DNA of 64,000 nt from Octopus vulgaris (lineage: Eukaryota): positions 25,730,001 through 25,794,000 of the forward strand of contig OX597827.1 in assembly GCA_951406725.2 (NCBI GenBank), written 5' to 3'. Position 1 is the first letter of the stretch. Every line of letters starts with the position of its first letter. The notes under the pieces were generated by a model that saw only the letters and a program-made list of their open reading frames with translations, was not told where the DNA came from and searched no databases. Both the position numbers and the translations under genes were made by a program. Of this stretch, positions 1-13,297 are shown in pieces.

Positions 1-107
1 AACACTTCCAATCAGTTAAGATCAGAAGCCATGAGAGCCACTGCCTGGTACTGCATCAGGGCACTTGGTACTGCATCAGGGCACTTTATTATTATTATTA
101 TTATTTA

Positions 108-495
108 TGAAGCTGGCAGAATCGTTAGCACGCCGGACGAAATGCCTAGCGGTATTTCGTTTGCCGCTACATTCTGAGTTCAAATTCCGCCGAGGTCGAC
201 TTTGCCTTTCATCCTTTCGGGTCGATTATGTAAGTACCAGTTACGCACTGGGGTCGATATAATCGACTTAATCCGTTTGTCTGTCCTTGTTTGTCCTCTC
301 TTTGTTTAGCCCCTTGTGGGTAGCAAAGAAATAAGTATTTCATTTTACTGCTATGTTCTGAGTTCAAATTCTGCCGAGGTCGAATTTGGCCTTCATCTTT
401 TCGAGGTGAATTAAATAAGTAACAGTTACGCACTGGAGTGGATGTAAACGACTTACCCTCCCCACAGATTTCAAGCCTCGTGCCTATAATAAAAT
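108..495 (+). mobile_element. tRNA-derived SINE (family A, Meta/MESC-like core), dimeric copy
   Basis: Head agctggcagaatcgttagcacgcc, B-box-like gagttcaaattcc, core gtcgactttgcctttcatcctttcgggtcga...aagtaccagttacgcactggggtcga. The core recurs at ~350-440, and the copy ends in (ATT)n. The same sequence recurs more than 10 times in the window. Confidence 0.85.
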
Positions 496-630
<135 letters not shown>

Positions 631-636
631 CTTTGA

Positions 637-815
637 AGGCGGTTAGGTAGCAGAATCGTTGGCTAGCAGGACGAAATACTTAGTGGTATTTCGCCCGTCG
701 CTACGTTCTGAGTCCAAATTCCGCCGAGGTCGACTTTGCTTTTCATCCTTTCAGAAATCCTGGGTCGATGTCATGGACTAGTCCCCTCCCACAACATTTG
801 AAGCATTGTGCCTCC
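637..815 (+). mobile_element. SINE family A copy
   Basis: ggcggttaggtagcagaatcgtt...gagtccaaattccgccgaggtcgactttgcttttcatcc. Confidence 0.8.
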
Positions 816-1053
816 AGGAAAAAGCATTATTACTATTTTGATGAAAACTTACTACTTATTTTGCAGAATACGATGGAAAGTATTAGTTGTCCACAGCCAG
901 TAGACTAAGGTGACCCTTGTTTACTGGTTATGTTTAAAGAATCCTGTGGAGAACTCTTGCAGTTCCAGGCAATAATGATTTTTGGAGGTGTTCTAGCTTT
1001 ACATTTGTACTCGTCCTTTTGAGCCAGGCTGGTTGCTGAGTGCTCATACTTCC

Positions 1054-1117
<64 letters not shown>

Positions 1118-1133
1118 TAATAACAATAATAAT

Positions 1134-1185
<52 letters not shown>

Positions 1186-1192
1186 TAATAAC

Positions 1193-1253
<61 letters not shown>

Positions 1254-1286
1254 GTAATAATAACAATGATAATAATAATAATAATA

Positions 1287-1336
<50 letters not shown>

Positions 1337-1383
1337 GATAATAATAATAATAGTAATAACAATAATTACTATTATTATTATTA

Positions 1384-1453
<70 letters not shown>
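1054..1453. repeat. (AAT)n tract directly followed by an (ATT)n tract
   Basis: (AAT)n to ~1365, then the complementary (ATT)n to ~1453. Confidence 0.97.
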
Positions 1454-1454
<1 letters not shown>

Positions 1455-1461
1455 ATAAAAA

Positions 1462-1880
1462 GGCAGTGAGCTGGCAGAATCGTTAACAGGCCGAACAAAA
1501 TGCTTAGCTGCATTTCGTCCGTTTTCACGTCCTGAGATCAGGACATGAAGGTCCACTTTGCCTTTAATCCTATCGGGGTCGACGAAATATGTAGCGTTGG
1601 GGGTCGATCATTCCACCGCAATATCAGGCGTCGTAACTATGATAGAAACATGACAATTGGAGGACTGACAGAATTGTTAGTGTCAGGTGAGTGGGGTTGA
1701 CTACTACTTGCAATATTTGTTCCGGCTCGTTACCATTCGATTCCAAATCCCGCCGTGGCCAACATCGCCTTCCAACCTTTATCGTGGTCGTTAAAATAAA
1801 GTACGAATCAAGTACCGTAGCCGATGGTATTGACTCAGTCCTCCCCCTAAAACTGCTAACTTTGTCCCTACATTAGAAAT
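1462..1880 (+). mobile_element. Two degenerate SINE family A copies
   Basis: ggcagtgagctggcagaatcgttaaca...actttgcctttaatcctatcggggtcga; a second, more diverged copy starts at ~1660. Confidence 0.65.
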
Positions 1881-3280
1881 GATTATTATCTGAAAAACTT
1901 TTACTGATGTCATGAATAAAACAAAAATCGAATATTAATCTCTGAACGCCATTATCAAGTGTAACTATGATGGTGTAAGTCCTAATTTGCAAACGTGTTG
2001 TTTTGTTGATTTGTTCAGTTTTTCTGAAAATTACTGCACGTGTATTTTTGGTGAAATTTTATTACTTTAAAAATATTACCATTAAATAAATGTGATATAT
2101 ATTTTTTACCCTAATTTTGTTGTGGCAATATTCAGTATAGTCTAAGTTTAACTTGTCACCAATTCTAAAAAGAGCGACATTAATGCAGAGTACATTTCTA
2201 TTAATCGTATCTCTGATGTTGCAGGAATTCTACGTTGTACTTAAATTATGTTGAGTGTGTTTTTAAACTTAGAGAAAAAAGAAAAAAAAAGAACAAAGCG
2301 GGATAGGTATTTAATATAATATTAAACAATAATAATATAAGGAAGAAATAATCTCTCAAAAGATTTGCCAACAGTCTATAGTTTTAACATAGTCAGCCAT
2401 ATTGGAATTCAAAGGTGTTGAATAGTTTAAATTTATTTAAATGCTTGTTTTATTTTGCTTACTTTTACTTCATACCCATAACTGCTGAATAGTCATAGAG
2501 ATAGGCGCATTTTAAGCATCTCATAGTAATAGGAAGCATATTCCTGTAACCATAATGCATTTACGAAAATAACTATTCGTAAGAATCTCGGAGAAGATTA
2601 CAGCTTCCATATCGACTAATGACATATAATATCTGGTATTTCCACGTGCGCCATATCTTAAATTATAGATGTTTCCGCTTTCAACGTTTAGGTCGACAAT
2701 GTCTTATCATAATTAAATTTTTGTTTTGATATTATTATACTTTATTGAAGTTTATTTTCGTTTTAGAAATGATACAAAATTTCAGTGATAGGAATCAATA
2801 GTTGATGGTCAATGGTGTTAAATGCTAACAATGTATTATTCATAAATGTAGAAGCAGACATTTTAAAATTGCATATTATCTCCGTACTGTAGTTTAACAC
2901 GTCATGCTAACATCATGTACTGATATTTAGAGTTACAGTTGACAGAAACGTCTGCTGTGTAGGACTAGCAGCCGATAAATTTCTGTCTTCTCTATTAATT
3001 GAAATATACACGAAAGATATACATTTTGAATATTGGCCAAGAGATAAATGTTTGTTAATGTGATACACACTGCACAGAATTAATTTTTCAATAAAAACTG
3101 CATTTAAATATACCTTGCGTACACGGGTACTGTAAACAAATAAAAACTTTATTATAAAGCTACGTGTTCAGAATATTATATAAGTTTATTTATTACGTGG
3201 TTTCGAAATGTTTTAATTCTCCTTCGCTTCTTGAAATTAAATGATAGTTATAGCCAAAAACGTAAGCACAAAATTGGTGC

Positions 3281-3352
<72 letters not shown>

Positions 3353-3944
3353 ACACGCACACACACGCACACACACACGTATGTATGTAAACGTATATGC
3401 TTAGAGGTATGGTGAAACGAAAGTGTATATCTCTGCAAAAGATGATAGCTATGAAGTCATTGGACAGCAAATTGTAACATCATACATGATAGTCGTAACT
3501 ATTAAATATATACATAAAACAAGTATATATACTGGCGTAGTCAATAACAATACTTATATTGTAACATCATACACGATCTTTGGTTTAATATTGTGTAAAA
3601 AATATTTATTAAGCTTAGATATTATGATTATTGTGAAGTAATGTTAACCTGTACGGTTAAGTATTTCTTATTCTTTTACCATTTTGTCTATTTTTAAAAA
3701 AAACCTTTAATCTACGGTCATGTTGGGATAACATCCTTAAAGGTTTAGTCGACCACATTGGCTCCGGTACTATATATTTTTTAACGGCTGATACTTGTAT
3801 CGATCATTTGGTCGAACTACTAGGTCAAGAGAGAAATAAGCATGATTAAACATAAACAGGTATAAGTATACATTCATATATACACACATACATAATTTAT
3901 ATATACATACATACACACATTCGTACCTACATCCATAAACACAC

Positions 3945-4014
<70 letters not shown>

Positions 4015-4073
4015 GTATATATATATGATTATATATATATATATACATATATATATGTATATATATATGTATA

Positions 4074-4167
<94 letters not shown>

Positions 4168-4669
4168 CATATGCTTGGCTCTTCTCGTTTACAAAGGTTG
4201 TTGAAGAAAGAACATGAAGATACGCTCTTACTTCAAACTTTCTTTTTACATTTCAAAAAATAGTCATACGGTGGATATTTCAAAAGAAATCTACACTATG
4301 TTTTCCAGCTGATGACCGGAAACTTTGAGAACAGGAAATCGGAGCTTTTCACTTATTGTGTATTACAGAATTCTCTCTATTTTTTATTTAGGCATGTGAT
4401 TGTGAATCAACACAAATTTACATAGATACATCAATACATACATACATATATACATACGTACATACATACATACAATACAGTCGCAATTATTGAGGACTAA
4501 ATTTTCCCCTATAGTTTATATTTGGTCTAGCTGTTTACATTAATGTATGTATGTATGTATGTATATATATATATATGATATGAAAACAGGAAGATAAGTT
4601 TCCCCGACATGGAATGGATATCTGAGGACAGAATATTTTGGGGTTAAAATCAAGTTAGAGCGTTATATT

Positions 4670-5390
4670 TCGGGAGAAACGTTAGCACGCTGGGCGAAAT
4701 GCTTAGCTTTATTTCGTCTGTCTTTAAGTTCTGAGTTCAAATTCCGCCGGGGTCGACTTTGCCTTTCATCCTTCCGGGGTCGATAAATTAAGCACCAATT
4801 GCATATTGTGGTCGATTTAACCGACTAGGCCACTTCCCCAAAATGTCGGGCCTTAGTCACTGCTTCAAATGAAATGAAATAGTAGAATGGTTAACCAATA
4901 CATAGAAGAATAAAACAAGCTTCTCCATATTGTGTCGTCAGTATTAGTTTAGAACAAAAGCAGGGATCTGACACAACGCTACGTGCCGAGCTAAATGCTT
5001 ACCACCTTTCTGTGCGACTCTACGTCCTGAGTTCAAATTCCGCCGGCGTCAACTTTGCCTTTCATCCTTTAGAGGTCGATAAAACACTAGTTGAGCTCTG
5101 GGACCGATGTAATCGACTTAGCCCCTATTCTGAAATTGGTGGCCTTGAGTCAACGTTTGAAACAAGTATTAGGTTAGAATAAGGCGGTGAGCTGGCAAAA
5201 TTGTTAAGACGCCGGGAAAAACTCTCTGAAGTATTTCTTCCCTCATTAGGTTCAGAGTACAAAACCCGCCTGATTCATCTTTGTCTTTCAACCCACGGGG
5301 TCCATAGAACAAATACCAGTTGAGCACTGGGGGTTTGGCTTATTCCCTCAGCCCAACTTGCTGGCCTTTGCTCAAAATTTGAAAGCAATA
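4670..5390 (+). mobile_element. Cluster of three SINE family A copies
   Basis: Heads or cores at ~4675, ~4965 and ~5183, with gagttcaaattccgccg...ctttgcctttcatcc or a diverged version of it. Confidence 0.8.
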
Positions 5391-5560
5391 TTCAGTTAGA
5401 AAGCAGTCACACACATTTTTCTTTTTTCTTTTTGTATTTTCATATGGCAGAAAGTTTTAAGCTTGACAGAAGGACGGAGAAATTCATGTATACACATGTA
5501 ATGGATTTAGTTCTATTTCTCCTGTTTTTCTAGCATTTCACATACGTGCGCGCGCATGCG

Positions 5561-5612
<52 letters not shown>

Positions 5613-6176
5613 CGCGTAAACAAAGCCTGAAATATTGCTTGGAGATACATGGCGTATTGTATAAATATGCATGTTCAAGTGTCATTAAAGTACGAAAATA
5701 ACACTTTCGGTTGCGTATTGAATTGATATAGATATATATATGTATATATATTTGCGCGCACATAGACACATGTATAAATGTATGTATGTAGTCGAAAGGT
5801 TGCCACCGCACCCTTTTGCAGCTTACAAACTTCGCACTATCCGAGGTAGTGCTAGTTAAACTTGCTCAAGGTGCCACGCTGTAGTAATTAACCTGAAATT
5901 ACGAGGTTAGGAATTTCTTAAGCACGTGACAATGCCCGCACATAGATTAGATCACATCTCCTCCAACTTTCAAATTAATCCCTATAATGGTGATAAGATG
6001 AATTTAGCCTCAGCAAAATTATAATATATCGTATTAGAAGAGAGTGGATGTTGTACATGAGAACTTGATATTATTGTCTTTATTCCTGTGGCAATTAGAG
6101 TAAAGAAATGTATTATGCGTTTATAATGATCTGGGGAGAGAATGATCTCAATAATTAAAGAATAGCTGCAGATCTG

Positions 6177-6640
6177 TTATCTTGTTTCAGTCATTAGATT
6201 GTGGCCATGCTGGGGCACCACTTTGAAGAATTTTTAGTCTAATGAATCGACATTAGTGCTTATATTTTTATTTTAAACCTAGTACTTACGCTATCGTTGT
6301 CTTGGAATGAACCGTTAAGTTACGCAGACGTAAACACACCAGCACCGGCTGTTATGTGATGGGGGAAACACAGACAAAGAGGCATACACATTTACACACA
6401 AATACAGTCAAACAGAGACACACACATACACACATACTCATACACATACATACACATATACATATATGTACATAATGGGCTTCTTTCAGTTTCCGTTTAC
6501 CAAATCCACTCACAAGGCTTGGATCAGCCCGAGTACATAGCAAAAGACACTCGCTCAAGGTGCCACGCCAATGGACTGAACCCGCAACCATGTGGTTGGG
6601 AAGCAATTTTTTTTCTTTTTATCACACATCCAAGTCTGTG
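6177..6640 (-). mobile_element. tRNA-derived SINE (family B, OK-like) with internal (CA)n
   Basis: cttgtttcagtcatt...ggccatgctggggcacc...ctttcagtttccg...aaggtgccacgc...actgaaccc...catgtggttgggaagc. Further copies at ~8990-9330(+), 11130-11280(+), 35630-35760(+), 36665-36820(+), 47265-47645(-), 56490-56790(-), 57545-57625(-), 60180-60495(-). Confidence 0.8.
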
Positions 6641-6696
6641 TTTGCATATATCAATAATAGATATAATTCAAAATATGAAGTCGTAGAAATATTAAA

Positions 6697-7105
6697 GGCG
6701 GCGAGCTGGCAGAAACGTTAGCACGCCGGGCGAAATGCTTAGCAGTATTTCGCCTGTCTTTACGTTCTGAGTTCAAATTCCACCGAGATCGACTTTACCT
6801 TTCATCCTTTCGGGGTCGATTAAATAAGTACGATTTATGCACTGGGGTCGATATATTCGGCTTAATCCGTTTGTCTGTCCTTGTTTGTCCTCTGTGTGTT
6901 TAGCCCCTTATGGATAGTAAAGAAATAGGTATTTCGTCTGCTGTTACGTTCTGAATTGATATTTGGTCGACTTTGCCTTTCATCCTTTCGGGGTCGATAA
7001 ATTAAGTACCATTTACGCACTGGCGTCGATGTAGTCGACATTATCCCTTTGTCTCTACTTGCCCCTCCCCATGTTTAGCCCCTTGTGGGCAGTAAAGAAA
7101 TAAGA
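6697..7105 (+). mobile_element. SINE family A, multimeric copy
   Basis: Full head ggcggcgagctggcagaaacgttagcacgccggg, followed by two core+tail units. Confidence 0.88.
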
Positions 7106-8433
7106 AATGCTAATCCTTATGATTTTGATAGTTGCTCATTACTTTCACACACTTTCCAAGCTGCAAAGGTTTGCACTATGAAAACTGAGCTCCTTTTGTC
7201 GTGCATGACATGAGATTGCTTTGAGCTGTTGACGAATAACTAACAAATAAAATTATGCTTCACACACTTGAGACGGTGCACACTGGATGCATAAATACTA
7301 TGTTTCATCTAACAAAGAAAACAAAGGAGGATGTAATGCGCCACTCGAAGTACAGGAAAAAATTAATGTCAAAACGACATCAAATGACACTTTGCAGTCG
7401 TAAAACATGCGGTAATGTAGTCCTGATTATTCAAATAAATGAAATGAAATGTTCACGTCCGGAGCCACTTTCCTAATAAATCAAGTCAACAGACCTAGGA
7501 TACGAAAATACGTTACGCCTGGGGTTACGCCTGGGGTTACGCCTAGGAAGTCATCTGGGGAGGTTCAACATTTAGAAGCTAACAGATGATCTGCCATGAG
7601 AAAAGAGCAGTCTCTACTAGGTCAGTTTACCTCCTAGTAATGATATCTAAGCCCGCGTTTTAAATAGCTTGAAAATGCGAGACACGGTAGTTAACGTATA
7701 TGTGCAATGTCTGATAAAAGAGTTGTTATAGTAATGGTTAGTGTTAACTCGTAGCAAGAAGGTTAAGATTGTCATAGCTGGAGGATTACAAAAATAACTA
7801 CGAGAACAACGATACACAATCATATTTTATTGTCTTCAAAGTCTTACAGAAGCACACTTGTCCATTGAATTTTGCATTGATTGCAGATCACATGTTGAAA
7901 TGGCTTTACTTCTTAAATAGAAAATGTCTTCGTTTCATAAATATGTGCTTGTGTGGGTTTCTGCTAGCGAGTGTTTATCTAAAACTCTTGCGAAATCACT
8001 TATCATTTGGAGACTTCTGAAATAACAGCGACTTACACAAGTGAAATGATGTAAAACGAAGAATTCTCATGCGATCGAACAAGCGAGCTTTCCCCTTTTG
8101 ATACACTAATTTTCTATTAATTTCTTATCTAATTCGTTTATCAATCGATGTCTCTTGAGAAACTGTGTAATTGTTGCTACACTGGCGCATCTAACTAACA
8201 CGCCATTACGTCTAACGCTACCAATGAGCAAATTATAATATTTCTGGCCAAAGTCATTCAATAAAGCCTGTCATATTCTCAGATGATCACAAGGATTTTA
8301 TCAGAAATATTACACACACAACGAAATTGGATTTGTATTTAACTGAATAAACTATTAACATTAATACATTTATTGATATTAAACACTTTTTTTTAGCAAT
8401 AATGATAATGTTTTTGATTATAATCACTGCGAA

Positions 8434-8630
8434 GGCGGCGAGCTGGCAGAAACGTTAGCACGTCGGGCGAAATACTTAGCGGTATTTCGTCTGCCGTTAC
8501 ATTCTGAGTTCAAATTCCGCCGAGGTCGACTTTGCCTTTCATCCTTTCGGGGTCGAATAAATAAGTACCAGTTACACACTGGGATCGATGTAATCATCCA
8601 GCGTGCTAACGATTCTGCCAGCTCGCCGCC
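8434..8630 (+). mobile_element. SINE family A copy capped by an inverted SINE head
   Basis: ggcggcgagctggcagaaacgttagcacg (8434) and its near-perfect reverse complement cgtgctaacgattctgccagctcgccgcc (~8602-8630). Confidence 0.85.
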
Positions 8631-10191
8631 CTAATAATTTTAATAAATAATACTTAGAAAAGTATATGAAACGTTGTATTATCTGATAAATTTTATTTTG
8701 TGACCATAATTATAATTTGCTCTTTGATAAGTTTAGCCGTAATAGAGTGTGAGTTAGATACACGAGTAAAGGAGCAATTATGCAGTTACTCAAGAGACAT
8801 GAATTTATAAAGGATAAGAATTTAATAGAAAATATGCGAACTGAGTGAGGACTAACATCAATTTTCATTGGCGGCTCTAATTTCTATAAAAAGTCTGTAG
8901 AGATACATTTAAAAAGCCTCTATCTGAGGTTGATTCAAACCTATAAAACCTCAGGCGCTGACTCGGACACTCATTAGAGTTACTGACATAGGTGTGTGGA
9001 TAAGAGGCTCGCTTTGTAACCACAAGGTCCCGGGTTCAATCCACTGCACTGTACCTTTTAACCATGGCTTTGGATCCAGTGATGGAAACTGAGTTTAAGC
9101 TCACCAGATGTGTGTGTGTGTTTGTTTGTGTTTATGTCTGTCCCTCCCATTGCATGAGCACAGGTGTTAGTTTGTTTACATCACCGTAGCTTAGCAGTTC
9201 AATAAAATAGTAAGATAGAATAAATACTAGGCTTACAAATAAGCGCTGGTGTGACTGCGTTCCACTAAACATTCCAAGACACTGCTCCATCATGGCCTCA
9301 GTCAAATAAACGAAACCAGTAAAACAGAAAGATGACCGAGCATGGTGTGATGGTAACCGCATTAGTGGAATAGTTTGTGCATTATTGAACTGAGATCGCA
9401 TTCTCTCTAAACCAAAATGAGTAGGCAAGCAAAAGAGCTGGGTTACTAGGGACATAGAACAAGAACACGTTTTTCAGCCTTTGTAGCTTGGAGGTGTACG
9501 TAATATTAAAGTAAGATATCTCTAATTTTATCTTTACGAAAACGCTAGTCTAACTAGTTATATTGGCTGATAGCAAATACCTAATGCACTGATAAGAAAA
9601 CTAAGAATCGAACTTTCAGAAGTGCTAAGTAATTAAAGGGAAAAATTAAAACTAATTAACGATAATTAAATTTGTGTTTAAAATAATTATCTTTTAATTA
9701 TCAATGCTATATTTATCGATTGAGGTGTTTTATAAAATGTTATTAATACTTAGATATAATGACTTTTCTGTGTAGGCAGCTACTGCATAATATGATGTAG
9801 CACATTGATCCGAATGCACTAAGATGGCAGTTTTAAACAAGGTGCAACCGAGTGGGGTCGAATCTTAAGTCTTACGTAGGAGTTTGTATATTACCCCACA
9901 CACATACACAGACACACACAAACACATGCATACATATGTATCTGTGTGCGTGTGTGAAGGCGCATGAACTTGTGATTAGAGTGCACCACTCAGGATCGCA
10001 AGGTTGTGATTTCCATTCCCATCGAGGCGGTGCGTTGTAATTGCTGCGCAAAACACTTCGTTTCACGTTGCTCCTGTTCAGTCAGTTGTGAAAGGATAAC
10101 TCTGTGACCAGTTCAGAGGTGATCCTATCTCGCCTGCCCAGCCAGTGGGGTGACGTCATTTGAAAACTGATACAATATGACGAAGTACAAA

Positions 10192-10755
10192 GGCGGCGAC
10201 CTGGCAGAAACGTTAGCACGCCGGGCGAAATGCGTAGCCGTATTTCGTCTGCCGTTACGTTCTGAGTTCAAATTCCGCCGAGGTCGACTTTGCCTTTCAT
10301 CCTTTCGGGGTCGATAAATTAAGTACCAATTACGTAATGGATTCGATATAATCGACTTAATCCCGTTGTCTGTCCTTGTTTGTCCCCTCAATGTTTAGCC
10401 CATTGTGGGCAGTAAAGAAATAGGTATTTAGTCTGCCGCTACGTTCTGAGTTCAAATTCCGCCGAGGTCGACTTTGCCTTTCATCCAATTGGGGTCGATG
10501 AATTAAGTACCAGTTACGCACTGGGGTCGATGTAATCGACTTAATCCGTCTGTCTGTCCTTGTTTGTCTCCTCTGTGTTTAGCCCCTTGTGAGTAGTAAA
10601 GAAATAGGTATTTCTGCGTTCAAATTCTTCCGAGGTCAACTTTGCCTGTAATCCTTTCGGGGTTGATAAATTAAGTACCCGTTGCGTACTGGTTCTGATT
10701 TAATCGACTGCTCGCCTCCCAAAAATTTTGGGCCTTGTGCCTAGAGTAGAATAGA
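10192..10755 (+). mobile_element. SINE family A, trimeric copy
   Basis: One head followed by three B-box/core/tail units that restart at ggtattt (~10422 and ~10607). Confidence 0.88.
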
Positions 10756-10807
10756 AGAAGACGAAATGCATTGTAACCAACAAGGTATAACATCCGATAG
10801 CATAGTC

Positions 10808-10957
10808 CAGTGCTCCGCAACCGGCGTGCCACGAGACAATGCTGAGTGTACCGCAGTGTAAATTGAATATAATTTTTTCCCCGTAGTTCAAGTGTGCCGC
10901 CAAATTTTGAAAGGAGTGTAAGTGTACCACAAGTGAAACAACGGTTGCGGAGCACTG
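10808..10957. mobile_element. hAT (Charlie-like) MITE, 150 bp
   Basis: Perfect TIR cagtgctccgcaacc / ggttgcggagcactg. The 8-bp flanks gcatagtc and gtatattc match at 6/8, consistent with a decayed 8-bp TSD. Confidence 0.85.
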
Positions 10958-11022
10958 GTATATTCGATAAGCAATACACACACACGCACACATATATGTA
11001 AATGTATATGTATGTGTGTATA

Positions 11023-11093
<71 letters not shown>

Positions 11094-13297
11094 ATTTGTG
11101 TGTGTATCTATGTTTGTGTTTGTCCCTACCACCACTTGACAACCGATGTTAGCGGTTAGGCAAAACAGACCGATAGAATAAGTACTAGGCTTACAAAGAA
11201 TAAGACTTGGGGTCGATTTGTTCGACTAAAATCGATGCCCCAGCATGGCCGCAGTCAAATGACTGAAACAAATAAAAGAATATGTGTGTGTGTGATTTAT
11301 GCATTATTCTGGTTCATTTCAGAATTTCTTGTCAAGAGAGAAAGAGCCGGTTTCTAACCTAGATCTAAGGCTCACTCATTGGAATTTCAAAATCAAAAAC
11401 AGGGTGTTTTTGTATGTATGTATGTATGTATGTATGTATGTATGTATGTATGTATGTATGTATGTATGTATGTATGTATGTATGTATGAGCAGATTTGTA
11501 TGTTGTTTTACGTATGTATTCTCATGCATATAGTTGCATATCTAGACATGCTCATATATATTTAAAGGATAAACTTCTGGAAGGTTTTACAGGTTTTTTA
11601 CAGTTCCAATTATGGATTGGATCTGTAGTCTTCAAATCAGCTTTCTCCTTTCTTGTTTTGAGAAACCAAATTTCTCAGGACTGGTATTTATGCAGTGTGT
11701 TACATAACCCATTGCTCCAATAATTACAGATATAAACCTGAATTTGTAATCTACATAAAGTAACTGCAAATTCCTCAATAGGAATGTGCACAGTTTCTTT
11801 ATCGCAAATCATTGTATGTGAGTATGTATGGATATATGTATGTATGTCTTCAGACAGATTTCTTTCGAAATATTGTTATTCAAGCAGTAATACCAGTGTA
11901 GATTTTTGAATGTGTTCACCTGAAATCACCATTAAATCTTACACAAAACTTTTAAGTACCCTGGATCCTATTCTACACGTTGTTAACTCTTCTGGCATGT
12001 AAAAAGTGTTGATGAGTCATCGAGGGATTCCTAGTGTGATATTTTCGATACCAATGGGTTGTGTAGTAGCTGTCTTTGTTTAGTCCCTAATCAACCCCGA
12101 AAGGTCCTACGGTCGAAAGCTTTCAAAAATCAACGAATCCGTTTACTTCTCTTCAGATATTTTCTATACAACTGATATTAATATGTCAATACCGTTTTAA
12201 AAGTATTTCTGAGACCTGAAAATTCTATCCTTTTTACGGGTTAAACAACTGCATTAAGTTTTCGTTATTGGTTGAAGATAATTTCCATTGCTCAAAAACT
12301 TAACGACGTCACATAAATCGACAAGAATGAGTTGTTTAATTTTTTTCGTATGAGGTTGAGCTTCAGGCTTTTAACAATGCTTTGAGAATATTCATCGATG
12401 GGAATTACTACACTTCAGATCAGTGGTTACCAGACTGTTCCCCAGGGAGTGTCGTTTGTATTTACATAACATCATTTTGAAAGATTTGCCTGTATGTCCA
12501 GTCTTCGACTCATTTCAGTGACACCAAACAATCTCTTTGTGAACCATAACGGATTCGCGGACTAAGGTTAAAGAGCGCTGATGAGTTTTTAGGTATTTAC
12601 TGGAAGGAATAAGCAAAGCAATTAACAAAATGTAAGAAATTTGGTAGTAGTCCCACAGCGTGGCACCGTCGGCAAGATTGTTTTCTACTATAGTCTCGAG
12701 TCGATCATCCTATATTCTACCAATACCACTATCAACACTTACCTCTACCTTGGATTTTCTTTACCTCTTGGATACTTACCATTGGCTGCACCTCTCTTTC
12801 GCGGATCAAAGTGACTTTGCATTGATGTGAAATCCTTAAAAAATATACCACGACGTCTACACATTTCTCACCTTGAACTTTCAACCTTGAACTTGTTCGC
12901 ATAAACTGTCCCGTTTGTTGTATTTTTATTTCTTCTTATATTACCACTTTTTTTACATTCATTTCATGCTTCCCACATTTTCCTGAATTTTTGTTCTCCT
13001 TTCCGTCTTTCTTCCCTCTCTGGATGTCCATACTCCGTTTCCTCTGCCTGCACCCCCCTTTTTTTGCCTCCCCCTCTCTCTGCTTCCCTTCTTTCTTTCC
13101 CTTTTCCGTTTGCCCCGTCTTTTCTGCCCCTATCGCTTACTTATCTAGTTTTTTCATACGATTATTATTTTTTTGTTTTTTTGAACGTTTGTTTTTTCCC
13201 CTTTTTTCGCTATCCTTTTTTTCTATTTTTTTCATACGATAATTTTTGTTTTTTGTTTTTTTTGTTTTTTCGAACGTTTTTTTTCCGCTATCCCATC

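Noticed and set aside
7511-7547. (gttacgcctggg)x3 repeat
   Set aside because: Short local tandem duplication with no further structure.
12421-12580. Second hAT MITE (cagtggtt...agcgctg)
   Set aside because: TIRs are too degenerate and there is no TSD.
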